Shown: in pieces, positions 25,201-33,698 of the stretch
Layout of the letters: the number at the start of each line of letters is the position of its first letter
Numbering within the stretch: the stretch's first letter is position 1
Source: Parcubacteria group bacterium GW2011_GWE2_39_37
GTDB taxonomy: Bacteria; Patescibacteriota; Patescibacteriia; Patescibacteriales; GWE2-39-37
Length of the DNA: 64,000 nucleotides
NCBI GenBank assembly: GCA_000995135.1
Contig: LBWY01000010.1
Coordinates: 10,382 to 74,381 of the forward strand
Direction: 5' to 3'
Position numbers and translations under genes: made by a program
Notes under the pieces: generated by a model
Database searches by the model: none
What the model saw: only the letters and a program-made list of their open reading frames with translations
What the model was told of the DNA's origin: nothing

Positions 25201-27907
25201 GGCATTGTCCAGGAGAGTTAGGGCAAGTTTCAACTTCTGCTATACAGGCATTTGCATTAGAATAACCGGCACAGGTCAAAGGTTTGACCGGATCCTTGGC
25301 AGTGGTAAAACTCCAACTAAAGACGCAACTATTAAAAAGATTACTGCCGCCACAGGCACCGGCAACACTCGCCGGATTACCGGCGTCCGCTACTACGCAC
25401 AAGCCATTTTTCTGCGTGTCACTGGCGCAACAAACTTCCGAAGTTTCACAGCCATTATTTGGCGCTGTATTACCTAAACAACTGCCAACGGTGAAAGGCA
25501 AGCTGTTGCTGGAAGTAGCATAACTATCTTTGAAGATCTTGAATGGTCCTGTTTCCGCCCCAACTGGCACCGTACTGGTTACGACCTGATCCGTCCAGGC
25601 GCTACTATTGCCATTTTTGTTATTAAAATATCGGGCACTGCCATTGCCTTGCTGGTTACCCAGATTTCCCCCCACTGCTGCCATCGATTGATTAACCGGG
25701 CCATTATGTGGCACCAAGGCACAGATTCCAGGTCCTGGCAATCCTGCAGTAACTTTGAAGTCTGCCTCATTGGAGCTTTTATTATCCCTATTGGTGACTT
25801 TGACTTGCCAGGTTTTTACACTAATATCTGGCACTTTCACGGTTATATAAGTGTCATGCCACCAGCTATCACGACATGCTTCCGGGAAATTGGTGTCGGC
25901 CAGAACTTGAGAATTTTCATCAATAAACTTAACTGTACTCGTGCTTGAATACTGTCCGAATCTTTTACCATAAATAGTGATATACTGCCCTTTCGGTCCT
26001 TGAGCAGGATCGATATAATCGATTACTGGATCTGTGGTCTGGTCAAGAACAATTTTGAAATCCAAGAAATTTGAAACTATGCTTCCTACACTAACAAAAA
26101 CTTTTGTCATACCACTGGCCAAATCCGGCACAAGTGCCTCAACCGAAGTATTGGTCCACGAGGAAACGACATTTGCTTTTTTCCCGTCATTCTCACTACC
26201 GAAAAATACGCCTTGCGCGCTGCCATCAAAAGCATTCCCCTGCAATACAAATTTATCTTTAAATTTACCTTGATCAGGATCTGCCAAACAAATGCCCGGA
26301 CGTACTAGAGTATTTACATCAAAATCGTTAATCAATACCCCTTGGCCATCATTAGTTGCATCCACCAAGCCGTCTTTTCGCACGACCTTGATCGGTCCAT
26401 CCATGCCACCATCGGGAACAACGATTACGATCTGATTATCTTTCCAAGAATTGATACATTGTGCATTGACTGTATCGGCAAGTGGTGCGATTTTGTCATC
26501 TCCTATCGTAGGGGCGCCCAGAAGTACGACTGATCCAGGTTCAGAACCGAAATTTTTACCACCGATAGTTACAAAATTATTCGGCGCTCCGTTAGGTGTG
26601 CTGCTTGCATCCATTGGACTGATCCAATCGATCAATGGCGAAGGAGAATCTTCAGCCAAGATCAAAAAGTTGAGCTCGTTTGAGCTTTCACCGTCCACTT
26701 TTACAAAAACATTATTTGGACCGGGTGATACGACTGGAATAGTCGCATTTACTGAAGTAGCTTCCCAATTATTGATATTGGTCGCTGCTACTGCGCCAGT
26801 CGAAGTACCGACCATCACAGTCCTTTCTGAAGTAGCGGAACCGAAACTGATACCTTGAAGATTGAAATTTATGCCGACCGGGCCTTGGGCAGGATCGACT
26901 AAACAGACACCGGGACGTATCTTTTCATTTACATCAAAATTATTGATTTGCGGTCCCCTGTTATCCGCCGAAGTATCCAATTGTCCATCGGATCTGGCTA
27001 CCTGTATAGGGCCATCAATACCTCCTTCAGGCACCACGACTATGATCTGATTATCTTGCCAAGATTTTACACATAAAGAATTAACCGTATTAGCCAATGG
27101 GGCGACTTTGTCATCGCCAGGGGCGGCAACATCTCCAAGAAAGGTAACGGTTCCAGGGTCCCAACCAAAAAATTGACCGGAGATAGTAATGAAATTGCCT
27201 TCCGCACCATTAGGTGTTCCGGCGCTATCCTTTGGAGTGATATTTTCAATAAGTGGCGCTCCCTGACAGGTACAACTGACCGGGTCACAGGTCAAAAAGG
27301 CGCTGCACAAAGCAGTGTCAGGCTGACATTGAGCAGTATTAATCTCGCCATCGCAAGGACTACCAAAAGTAGGAGTACAATGACAGGATGAATTGCAAAT
27401 TTCATTCGCCTTGCATTCACTGCTGTCTGGAACGCAAGCATTGCTACTGGAGCTGCAATATGATCCGCCACCGGATGGGAAATTTTCATAACCGCCGCCA
27501 CCGTTATTATTCGCTCCGGTCGAATCTAAGAGTTTGTCCATCACAAAAGTGGCGATTGCGAATGCAGAAAATATAATGATCAAGCCGATTGCCGCTGCGG
27601 TCAATATTTTTTTTGCTTTGCTGATCTGTTCCGTATTCCCGGACGCAGTCATCCAGATCCAGCCGGCATACATGATTAAAGCGATCGCGATAATAGCAAG
27701 AAAGCCCATGGCAACCCTGATGACATTTGCCACCACAATTCTTGGATCCGATTCCCCTAAGCCAAGCTCTTCGCCGATTACTGTTTTTTGACCGCCAAAA
27801 ACATCCACACCCTCACTTGTTTGTGCATTAGCAAAGCTGAACCAACCCGACATGACAAAGGCTAGGCAGAAAAATACGATTAATTTTTTGGATAAATTTA
27901 ACTTCAT
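22250..27907 (-). CDS. giant (1885 aa) surface protein: pilin-like two-TM module, Cys-rich modules, six IPT/TIG-like domains, Ig-like region, two Fn3 domains
   Basis: The N-terminus is paralogous to 6322-6735. It has repeated GxFITISGxxFG / IVVVPxGGxDGPI domains, a very Cys-dense segment (about aa 800-1240) and a C-terminal tandem of YxVYYGT...NGxxYYFxV Fn3 signatures. Confidence 0.85.
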   Translation of the reverse strand: MKLNLSKKLIVFFCLAFVMSGWFSFANAQTSEGVDVFGGQKTVIGEELGLGESDPRIVVANVIRVAMGFLAIIAIALIMYAGWIWMTASGNTEQISKAKKILTAAAIGLIIIFSAFAIATFVMDKLLDSTGANNNGGGGYENFPSGGGSYCSSSSNACVPDSSECKANEICNSSCHCTPTFGSPCDGEINTAQCQPDTALCSAFLTCDPVSCTCQGAPLIENITPKDSAGTPNGAEGNFITISGQFFGWDPGTVTFLGDVAAPGDDKVAPLANTVNSLCVKSWQDNQIIVVVPEGGIDGPIQVARSDGQLDTSADNRGPQINNFDVNEKIRPGVCLVDPAQGPVGINFNLQGISFGSATSERTVMVGTSTGAVAATNINNWEATSVNATIPVVSPGPNNVFVKVDGESSNELNFLILAEDSPSPLIDWISPMDASSTPNGAPNNFVTIGGKNFGSEPGSVVLLGAPTIGDDKIAPLADTVNAQCINSWKDNQIVIVVPDGGMDGPIKVVRKDGLVDATNDGQGVLINDFDVNTLVRPGICLADPDQGKFKDKFVLQGNAFDGSAQGVFFGSENDGKKANVVSSWTNTSVEALVPDLASGMTKVFVSVGSIVSNFLDFKIVLDQTTDPVIDYIDPAQGPKGQYITIYGKRFGQYSSTSTVKFIDENSQVLADTNFPEACRDSWWHDTYITVKVPDISVKTWQVKVTNRDNKSSNEADFKVTAGLPGPGICALVPHNGPVNQSMAAVGGNLGNQQGNGSARYFNNKNGNSSAWTDQVVTSTVPVGAETGPFKIFKDSYATSSNSLPFTVGSCLGNTAPNNGCETSEVCCASDTQKNGLCVVADAGNPASVAGACGGSNLFNSCVFSWSFTTAKDPVKPLTCAGYSNANACIAEVETCPNSPGQCQTASDKVVGQCDATVCGTLNPACAGGFCSYVSSASDPNFNKCKLNNSTCDTTRTVSGVVQQCNKVGDKNYWQLPITGSCPLGSYKDQNNFCTIGALGNPEECSTCANGLSCSAGACVLEQQICPKDSTCTNGKCVSEAASCECCCRIEKSAQDCCLGLSCAGTCGSDTSITDGPNGINTGFGQCTGCTVKINGVVDQAASDAACNCSGHSLKTCNTAGAAGLGTCEDNNEPPDPPGDVGDPCDSNTATQQCDPDNNKCSTGLICKTESCTCQVDPNDSAAGQSCKNLPVCTEGTDSCGVNNGLSCLTQSSDCRCCCTPGDTKVVTPTLTLTCIENKTPCSGDNRGLFCGCSADNQCNGGTAEGCGIDTCCRARPTVVPPTEPANGATGICRNPLISATFDQVMDLASFSSNIVVVGDYGTEQCPAGTTYLTLNEKTGALAKVWHWVKNLFGGNANAVGNKNFCAVTGTVGGYNEAGRSVVTFSPAQVLAENKDHYVIIKGDANASDDKAEGVLSLYGIGMANNPNPITDKNFNGVNYAGYAWKFTTKPIVKNGSVIVDDGICRLDSVVINPNSYAFFTAENNVDYKTGNASVNDDNPSSPTYDSVDDNDKVFLAFAKTSSGQRIVPISSYSWSWNWASDNVAVAKVDSLTGSSTKVIAQNVQDGKTFIKTEAKITTDTINNPSTKDSTKNAKAAIHVFLCANPWPSVGDPTKWPWKDSANNCSPGLEGENANGCSNSFNFEFYYCRDMAGSGESNKQLDAISAQPVTRGQYDNLLKEFYFLRAKNPESNIPALTNVSSQDQGARVYVTWATAGNVSGYKVYYGTKSGEYTQSITISDPAVHGTLVSGLTNGQTYYFVVTGLFNEQTAPSQYSNKLETAYSNELSATPKDIAPPGKPVNLSAITASTQVTLTWSPDPGNSDPKDVYRVYYGTAAGIYGAKQDMDSAKTLTIASLTNGVKYYFGVSAIDQAGNESVISTVDATPN

Positions 27908-27912
27908 TGTGT

Positions 27913-29664
27913 TTAGTTAGGAAGGGTGCAGCTTTCTGCTGGAGTAGCCACTCCTTGGCAACAAGAAGGATTTCCAGGATTGACAGCACAGCTCAATCCT
28001 CCACAAGGCTTGTAGCAGTTTTGATAGATATCTTTTATTTCTGATTTAAAATTAGGTGCATAACTATCATTTTCTTTAAATACATCATGCATCAGTCTTA
28101 CTGTGGTACTGCTAGTTCCATCCAAAGAAACAGAGTTAATGTTAGAAAGCCAATAATTAAAGTTCGGATCATTGGACTTGGTGAATAATTGGACGCTGCC
28201 TGTATCACCTTGTGCCAAGCTGCTATTCATCAGAGCGCGATCAAAGGAGGCTTCAGGAATATCATTCAAAGCCACGCCTTGAGTATTATAATCCGGTTTG
28301 ATCTGGCTGATTGTCGGAGGTGAGATAAGAATCTTATCCGAAGTATTGAAAGTCCAAGTATAATCATCACCTTGGGTAGCCGGATCCGGTTGGTTTACAT
28401 TGTATGGCGGCAGGCCGGTAGCAGAACCTGGTCCTTGCGCGACGCCATTTTTATTACCATCAAAAGAATTGTCAGCCATGTCAACAACACCATTATATGG
28501 AAACAGCGGCGTGGTTGAGGCTGCCCTGATAAATGTGTTTATAACTTTTAGAGCAGGCAAACAATAAATGGTGTTGCCGCAAGAATTGGTACCGCAAGCA
28601 TCATCCGTCAAAAATTCCACTGTTTTGTATTGATTAGTGATGTAAAAATTGCCGATAATTTTTGCTCCACCAGTTGAAACTATCAGGTTATCGGTAGTTG
28701 AGGCTTCACCGCTGGCGGAGGTAGGATCTACAGCCTCGCTAAAATTGATCTGGATGACTACGTTCCTCGGCTGGATAGAAGAAGCCATAGGTATGATGCT
28801 TTCAACGTTAGGAGGAGTCAGATCCAGGAAAGTGCTGACCTCAAAATTCCAGGTATAGGCGATCTCACCAGCAAAACTGCCAAAAGCGCTCTTGCCGTTA
28901 TCTTCCCTAGTTATACCGGGCTTCAAAGCCACAGAATACCAGATCTTTTCCGAAGGACTGCCTAAATATTTGACCGGTTTGAAGACAAAAGTCTTGTGGT
29001 CTGCAGAAACATTAGCAATAACATCTGTCTCTTTTCTCGCTACGCCCGCTACTGTGGGATAAATTACTATATTATCTGTTATTTTGCCGTTAGCATTAAT
29101 TATGGATGCAGGGGTAATCGCTTCTCTGAAAGTGACTACTATCTTGGTATTGCGCGGAATCTCTATAGCATCACGTGCAGGATAATGAGATTGGATAATG
29201 CCGTTGCCAAGCGCAGCTATGCCGTAACCTCCGCTTCCGTCAGGACCGCCTCCCCCGCCGGGGCCGCTGGGTCCGCCCATCAGTTTATTGAATATGAAAG
29301 TTGCAATCGCCCATGAAGATAAAATTATTAACAACCCGATTATAGCATTTTTCAAGATTTTTTTGGCTTCATCAATTTTTTCCGGATTGCCTTCAGAAGA
29401 CATCCACAACCAACCGGCATAAATTGTCAAACCAACTGCGATGATACCCAAAAAGCCGAAAGCGACATTGATTACTCTAGCCACGATGATCCGCGGATCT
29501 TCTGCACTCAAACCGATATTGTTTTCAATCTCTGTTTTTTTCCCACCGAAAGGATCGACTGCTGCAGATTGCGCCAATGCAAAATTAGACAATAAAAAAA
29601 TAGCGCTTGCAACTACAATAATAAAGGCGACTATCTTTAATTTGAATCTATTAGTTTTGTACAT
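27913..29664 (-). CDS. 583-aa surface protein: pilin-like two-TM module, Gly-rich linker, Ig-like (SbsA-type) domains, Cys-rich C-terminus
   Basis: The N-terminus is paralogous to 6322-6735 and to the giant protein. GGPSGPGGGGGPDGSGG linker. C-terminus CYKPCGGLSCAVNPGNPSCCQG. The next gene starts 5 nt downstream. Confidence 0.8.
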   Translation of the reverse strand: MYKTNRFKLKIVAFIIVVASAIFLLSNFALAQSAAVDPFGGKKTEIENNIGLSAEDPRIIVARVINVAFGFLGIIAVGLTIYAGWLWMSSEGNPEKIDEAKKILKNAIIGLLIILSSWAIATFIFNKLMGGPSGPGGGGGPDGSGGYGIAALGNGIIQSHYPARDAIEIPRNTKIVVTFREAITPASIINANGKITDNIVIYPTVAGVARKETDVIANVSADHKTFVFKPVKYLGSPSEKIWYSVALKPGITREDNGKSAFGSFAGEIAYTWNFEVSTFLDLTPPNVESIIPMASSIQPRNVVIQINFSEAVDPTSASGEASTTDNLIVSTGGAKIIGNFYITNQYKTVEFLTDDACGTNSCGNTIYCLPALKVINTFIRAASTTPLFPYNGVVDMADNSFDGNKNGVAQGPGSATGLPPYNVNQPDPATQGDDYTWTFNTSDKILISPPTISQIKPDYNTQGVALNDIPEASFDRALMNSSLAQGDTGSVQLFTKSNDPNFNYWLSNINSVSLDGTSSTTVRLMHDVFKENDSYAPNFKSEIKDIYQNCYKPCGGLSCAVNPGNPSCCQGVATPAESCTLPN

Positions 29665-29684
29665 CTAAAACAAATAATTGCTCT

Positions 29685-29743
29685 ATTGTTAAATTGTTAT
29701 ATTGTTAAATCAAATTAATTTAACAATATAACAATATAACAAT
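29685..29743. repeat. ATTGTTA-word inverted-repeat element, copy 2 (near-perfect 26-bp stem)
   Basis: attgttaaattgttatattgttaaat-caaatta-atttaacaatataacaatataacaat. Lies 21 nt upstream of the start of the 583-aa gene. Confidence 0.8.
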
Positions 29744-29795
29744 TATTTTTTCATTTATAAATAATTTTTCGTGTTAACTTTGAAAAAAATCTGTT

Positions 29796-29824
29796 TTGAC
29801 TTTAGCTCAATTTTGTTTTATTAT
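29796..29824 (+). promoter_or_regulatory. sigma70-like promoter candidate for relA/spoT
   Basis: TTGACT-17 nt-TATTAT, about 45 nt upstream of the ATG at 29869. Confidence 0.4.
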
Positions 29825-29868
29825 TATAACACAAATTATTTTAAAAGCACAATGCATTTTTTACACAT

Positions 29869-31326
29869 ATGACCATCAAGCAAATCATTGAGCGAGTAAA
29901 GGAGAATACTCCGGATGTCAACACTGACCTGATTGAGCTAGCTTATGATTTTGCAGAAAAAGCCCACGCAGGTCAGAAAAGAAAAAGCGGCGAACCGTAC
30001 ATCCAACACTGCCTTCACACTGCTTTCGTGTTGGCAGAGATCAAGGCCGACCTAAACACGATCGTTGCCGGCATCCTCCATGACGTACCTGAAGACACCA
30101 AGTACACGCTCGAAGATGTGAGCAAAAATTTTGGCGAGGAGATAGCCACCTTGGTTGAGGGTATTACAAAATTAAGCAAGATTAAATACCGCGGCATTGA
30201 ACGCTACGCAGAAAGCTTGAGAAAGATGTTCTTGTTCATGGCAAATGACATCAGGATCATTCTTATCAAGTTTGCCGATCGCCTTCATAACCTCAGGACC
30301 CTCGATGCCCTACCCCCGGAAAAGCAGCTCAGAATCGCTCAGGAAACCATAGAAATATATGCACCGATAGCGGGCTTGCTAGGTATATGGTCATTAAAAT
30401 GGCAGATGGAAGATATCTGTTTCAAACATCTGCATCCGGAAGAATACAAAAATATCGAGTATAAATATGAAGTGGAACAGAAAGCTGAGAGAAACCAATA
30501 CATCCAAAAAACAAAAAATATCTTAAGCAAAAAATTGGATGAAGCCGGCGTGAAGCATGAGATCAATGGTCGCTTCAAACATCTGTACAGCATTTGGCAA
30601 AAGATGCAGCGCAAAGACAGGCGCTTTGATGAAATCCAGGACGTATTCGCCCTAAGGATCCTGGTTGATACCGTCTCTGACTGCTACAAAGCTTTGGGTA
30701 TTGTCCATTCTGTCTGGAAACCGAAAATCAATCGGTTCAAGGATTATATCAGCATCCCAAAGCCCAACGGTTATCGCAGTCTTCATACTACGGTTTTCGG
30801 CCTGGAGGGAAAACCGACAGAATTCCAAATTCGTACCAGAGAAATGGATGAAGAGGCCCATTACGGAGTTGCCGCCCATATTTATTACAAACTGGACAAG
30901 AAGACACCTGAACCGCGTTGGATCAAGGAGGTAATGGATCTGCATCTGAATTTAGAAAATACTCAAGACTTCATCAAACAAGCAAAGTTTGAAATTTTCC
31001 GCAACCGCATCTTTGTCTTTACTCCGAAAGGCGATGTGTATGACCTCCCCAGTGGCTCCACCACTATCGATTTTGCCTATGCCGTCCATACGGAAATCGG
31101 CAGCCACTGTATCGGCTCTATGATCAATGACAAGATGGCTCCACTTGATACTGAATTGAAAAGCGGTGATATGGTCGAAATCATAATCGACAAAAACCGC
31201 AAAGGCCCTAGCCGGGATTGGCTGAAGTTTGCCAAGACCAGCCGCGCCAAAAACAAAATCAAAGCCCTATCCAAAGAATCCCGCTTTGAACAAATCAGAA
31301 GATATATCCCGGGGATTAAGAAATAG
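29869..31326 (+). CDS. relA: RelA/SpoT homolog (HD hydrolase, synthetase, TGS) lacking the C-terminal regulatory domains
   Basis: HDVPEDT HD motif, RFKHLYSIWQKM and YRSLHTTV synthetase motifs, and a TGS domain (IFVFTPKGDVYDLPSGSTTIDFAY). Ends about 35 aa after TGS. Confidence 0.9.
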   Translation: MTIKQIIERVKENTPDVNTDLIELAYDFAEKAHAGQKRKSGEPYIQHCLHTAFVLAEIKADLNTIVAGILHDVPEDTKYTLEDVSKNFGEEIATLVEGITKLSKIKYRGIERYAESLRKMFLFMANDIRIILIKFADRLHNLRTLDALPPEKQLRIAQETIEIYAPIAGLLGIWSLKWQMEDICFKHLHPEEYKNIEYKYEVEQKAERNQYIQKTKNILSKKLDEAGVKHEINGRFKHLYSIWQKMQRKDRRFDEIQDVFALRILVDTVSDCYKALGIVHSVWKPKINRFKDYISIPKPNGYRSLHTTVFGLEGKPTEFQIRTREMDEEAHYGVAAHIYYKLDKKTPEPRWIKEVMDLHLNLENTQDFIKQAKFEIFRNRIFVFTPKGDVYDLPSGSTTIDFAYAVHTEIGSHCIGSMINDKMAPLDTELKSGDMVEIIIDKNRKGPSRDWLKFAKTSRAKNKIKALSKESRFEQIRRYIPGIKK

Positions 31327-31337
31327 GAAGATTTTGT
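31273..31337 (+). repeat. relA 3'-end direct repeat, copy 1 (functional gene end)
   Basis: aaagaatcccgctttgaacaaatcagaagatatatcccggggattaagaaataggaagattttg. Confidence 0.8.
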
Positions 31338-31473
31338 TATTAAAAAATAAATTATTCGCATAACATACAAAATCGGTATATTATACGAAAACAATTCGGG
31401 TAATAACGAGTTGTCGGAAATATCTAAAAACAAATTCATTAATAATTTTTTTCAAGCCCTTTTGAAATGCAAA

Positions 31474-31507
31474 TAAAAAAAGTCCGCATGCGAGTTGCAC
31501 ATGCGGA
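31474..31507 (-). terminator. Rho-independent terminator of the 67-aa gene
   Basis: TCCGCATG-9 nt-CATGCGGA. On the minus strand it is followed by a T-run. Confidence 0.7.
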
Positions 31508-31531
31508 GCGGGTAGTTGATATATCGTGTCG

Positions 31532-31735
31532 TTAGAGCAAGGAAATTGAAAGTATGCGCGCTTCTCTTGAACCTGGCAGATTAATGACAGCGTGCACATC
31601 TTTCCTTATTTCTTCGCCAGCATCACTTCTGGTAGCTTTTACCGACCGGCTGAAAACGTCGGTTTTCACAAGCACATTGTCCTGAAAGTACCCTATTACG
31701 GCGATATATTCGTATGTTTTTTTCAAAAAGAACAT
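31532..31735 (-). CDS. hypothetical 67-aa protein
   Basis: GGAGGAGGTGAGGC directly precedes the ATG. It has its own promoter and terminator. GC is richer than the surroundings. No family recognised. Confidence 0.6.
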   Translation of the reverse strand: MFFLKKTYEYIAVIGYFQDNVLVKTDVFSRSVKATRSDAGEEIRKDVHAVINLPGSREARILSISLL

Positions 31736-31771
31736 GCCTCACCTCCTCCTATGATTTTTGTATCAACATTA

Positions 31772-31800
31772 TTTTATACACCCAACGCAAAAAAATGTCA
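31772..31800 (-). promoter_or_regulatory. consensus-like sigma70 promoter of the 67-aa gene
   Basis: On the minus strand, TTGACA-17 nt-TATAAA, 36 nt upstream of the ATG. Confidence 0.55.
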
Positions 31801-32118
31801 ATGTAAGCAAAAATTTCAAAAGGGCTTGAAAAAAATAGGGCTCAAATAAGGAAATATTTGTTTTTAGATACATCTGACAACACCGAATATGAGGTTCAAA
31901 AAATTTGCACAATTATATTAACAAGGAAAGCAAATTTTTCTCAACCCAAATTTTTGCCCTTTTTATCTATTGATATATAATAAAGAAGCGGACAAAAACT
32001 TCTCATATTCGGGAACGTTGTGCGAAATACCCTAAAATTTCTTAATACAATTAAATTTTTGGCGGAAATGCAATCGGAATAACTCGATAAGAAAAATATA
32101 ATTCATTTATAAAATTTT

Positions 32119-32754
32119 ATGAATCAAAAAACCATTGTTGCAATAATATTAATTGTTGTCGTGATTTTGATTGGGTCTACCGTATATTTTGCAATTTCAA
32201 AAAATGAGACAATTCCTACTCCGAGGAAAATCGAACAGGTCTCTCCAACGCCAATTCCAACAACTTCAACAACCACTGAACTGATACCACCACCTGCTGC
32301 TAATCAACAACCTGAAATTACGGCCAACTATTCAATGACATCGTGTAAAACTGACAACCAGGCTTATTTTAAAATAAAAGAACTTGGAATTAAGGTTTTA
32401 GTTGATAAAAACATTGTTAACGATTTGACTTATGAATATTCTGGAAAAACTAATTTTGAATTAGGAAGTGCAAGGCTTTCATCAAAATCATTAACTGCCA
32501 AAGATAATGATTGTTCAGCCAAAGAAGCACCACTTGGAGTAATCTTAAAAGTTAATGGCGAGCCTACGGACAGTGCTAATAAAGACTATTATCAATCAAG
32601 ACAAAGCATGATAAAACAATTTGATGGTTATTTTATTCATCGTTCCGGCCCGCAAGCTCCATGCTCCTCAGTAGAAGAAACTATCGATTATGCGGGTCAG
32701 CTTTACTATAAAATATTATTACTTGACAACCTTCAATGCGTAGCTGAAATATAA
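32119..32754 (+). CDS. hypothetical membrane-anchored extracytoplasmic protein (211 aa)
   Basis: N-terminal TM helix, a Pro/Thr-rich linker and a globular part with four Cys. Confidence 0.55.
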   Translation: MNQKTIVAIILIVVVILIGSTVYFAISKNETIPTPRKIEQVSPTPIPTTSTTTELIPPPAANQQPEITANYSMTSCKTDNQAYFKIKELGIKVLVDKNIVNDLTYEYSGKTNFELGSARLSSKSLTAKDNDCSAKEAPLGVILKVNGEPTDSANKDYYQSRQSMIKQFDGYFIHRSGPQAPCSSVEETIDYAGQLYYKILLLDNLQCVAEI

Positions 32755-32898
32755 GGGATAATGTTTATTAATTCGCCAAAAAATACATTAAGGAAGAGAA
32801 ATTTTTAGGTACATCACATAACAGCCGATATCCGCAAGAACTAAGACCACACCAAATTCACTTCGTTTCGTTAAGAAGTCAGATATTGGCAGAGTTAG

Positions 32899-33471
32899 AT
32901 GAAATTAATTTTCTCATTAAAACCTATGAACAATATCGATTCAATTAATATTTGCATTCCTGTAGTGTCTGCCATAATCGAGAGGCAAGGCAAGGATGAA
33001 ACTGAAATATTGATACAAACAAGATGGAAGCCCGAGAGTGATCCGGTTTATTCTGGTACTTTTGAAATACCTGCTGGCTGGATAGACCGTTATGAAAATG
33101 TTTTTGATGCTTTAAAAAGAGAAGTGCTAGAAGAAACGGGACTACATATAACCAGAATTTTTCCCGATAACAAAACAAAAACATTTTCCCCTCGCAATGA
33201 TGAAAGTTTTTCTTTTATCCCCTTCTGCTGCCAACAACAAACCAAGGGTGGCGAACCGTGGATAGGCTTCGTTTTTATATGTGAGGTAGAAGATAAGGAA
33301 CCGGTTCCTCAGCTTGAAGAAGTTAAAGATATCCAGTGGATAAAAAAATCTGAATTGAAAAATTTGTTAGAGAAAACACCAAAAAAATTTTTCACTCTCC
33401 AGCTGGGACCCCTCGATTATTATCTAAATTATAACGACGATAAAAAAGAATCCCGCTTTGAACAGAATTAA
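32899..33471 (+). CDS. NUDIX hydrolase whose last codons run into relA 3'-end repeat copy 2
   Basis: Nudix box GTFEIPAGWIDRYENVFDALKREVLEETGL. The C-terminal KESRFEQN matches RelA ...KESRFEQI. Confidence 0.75.
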   Translation: MKLIFSLKPMNNIDSINICIPVVSAIIERQGKDETEILIQTRWKPESDPVYSGTFEIPAGWIDRYENVFDALKREVLEETGLHITRIFPDNKTKTFSPRNDESFSFIPFCCQQQTKGGEPWIGFVFICEVEDKEPVPQLEEVKDIQWIKKSELKNLLEKTPKKFFTLQLGPLDYYLNYNDDKKESRFEQN

Positions 33472-33508
33472 AGATATGTTCCAGGGATTAAGAAGTAGAA
33501 AGATTTTG
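33445..33508 (+). repeat. relA 3'-end direct repeat, copy 2
   Basis: aaagaatcccgctttgaacagaattaaagatatgttccagggattaagaagtagaaagattttg. About 80% identical to copy 1 by eye, with an in-frame stop. Confidence 0.75.
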
Positions 33509-33539
33509 GTAAATAATAAGGTTGTAATCGTCAATTTTT

Positions 33540-33698
33540 TTGCCTCAAGGCACCCGAGAAGCTATCATTGCGGGTGAAGAAATTCGACCGCAAGGTGCGT
33601 TTGCACTATCTATTAGAAAAAATATGCTTTATGTTGAACCAAGAAATGGTGCTGGTTATAAACCAATGATGGAAGAATTAAAGGCAACTATCAATTAA
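33540..33698 (+). pseudogene. possible C-terminal gene fragment (..PQGTREAIIAGEEIRPQGAFALSIRKNMLYVEPRNGAGYKPMMEELKATIN)
   Basis: Open frame without a plausible ATG or SD. GC is richer than the flanks. No family recognised. Confidence 0.25.

Larger units (their letters stand above)
31410..31881. mobile_element. TIR-bounded 472-bp mini-cassette carrying one small gene
   Basis: Outer inverted repeat gttgtcGGAAAtatctaaaaacaaat (31410-31436) against 31855-31881. Inner perfect 22-bp inverted repeat ttttttcaagcccttttgaaat (31446-31467) against 31813-31834. No transposase is present. Confidence 0.3.

Noticed and set aside
22250-27907. Diversity-generating retroelement target (VR/TR) in the giant gene.
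   Set aside because: The internal repeats are diverged domain duplications (about 70% nucleotide identity by eye) rather than near-identical TR/VR pairs with adenine-specific differences. No reverse transcriptase is present in the window.
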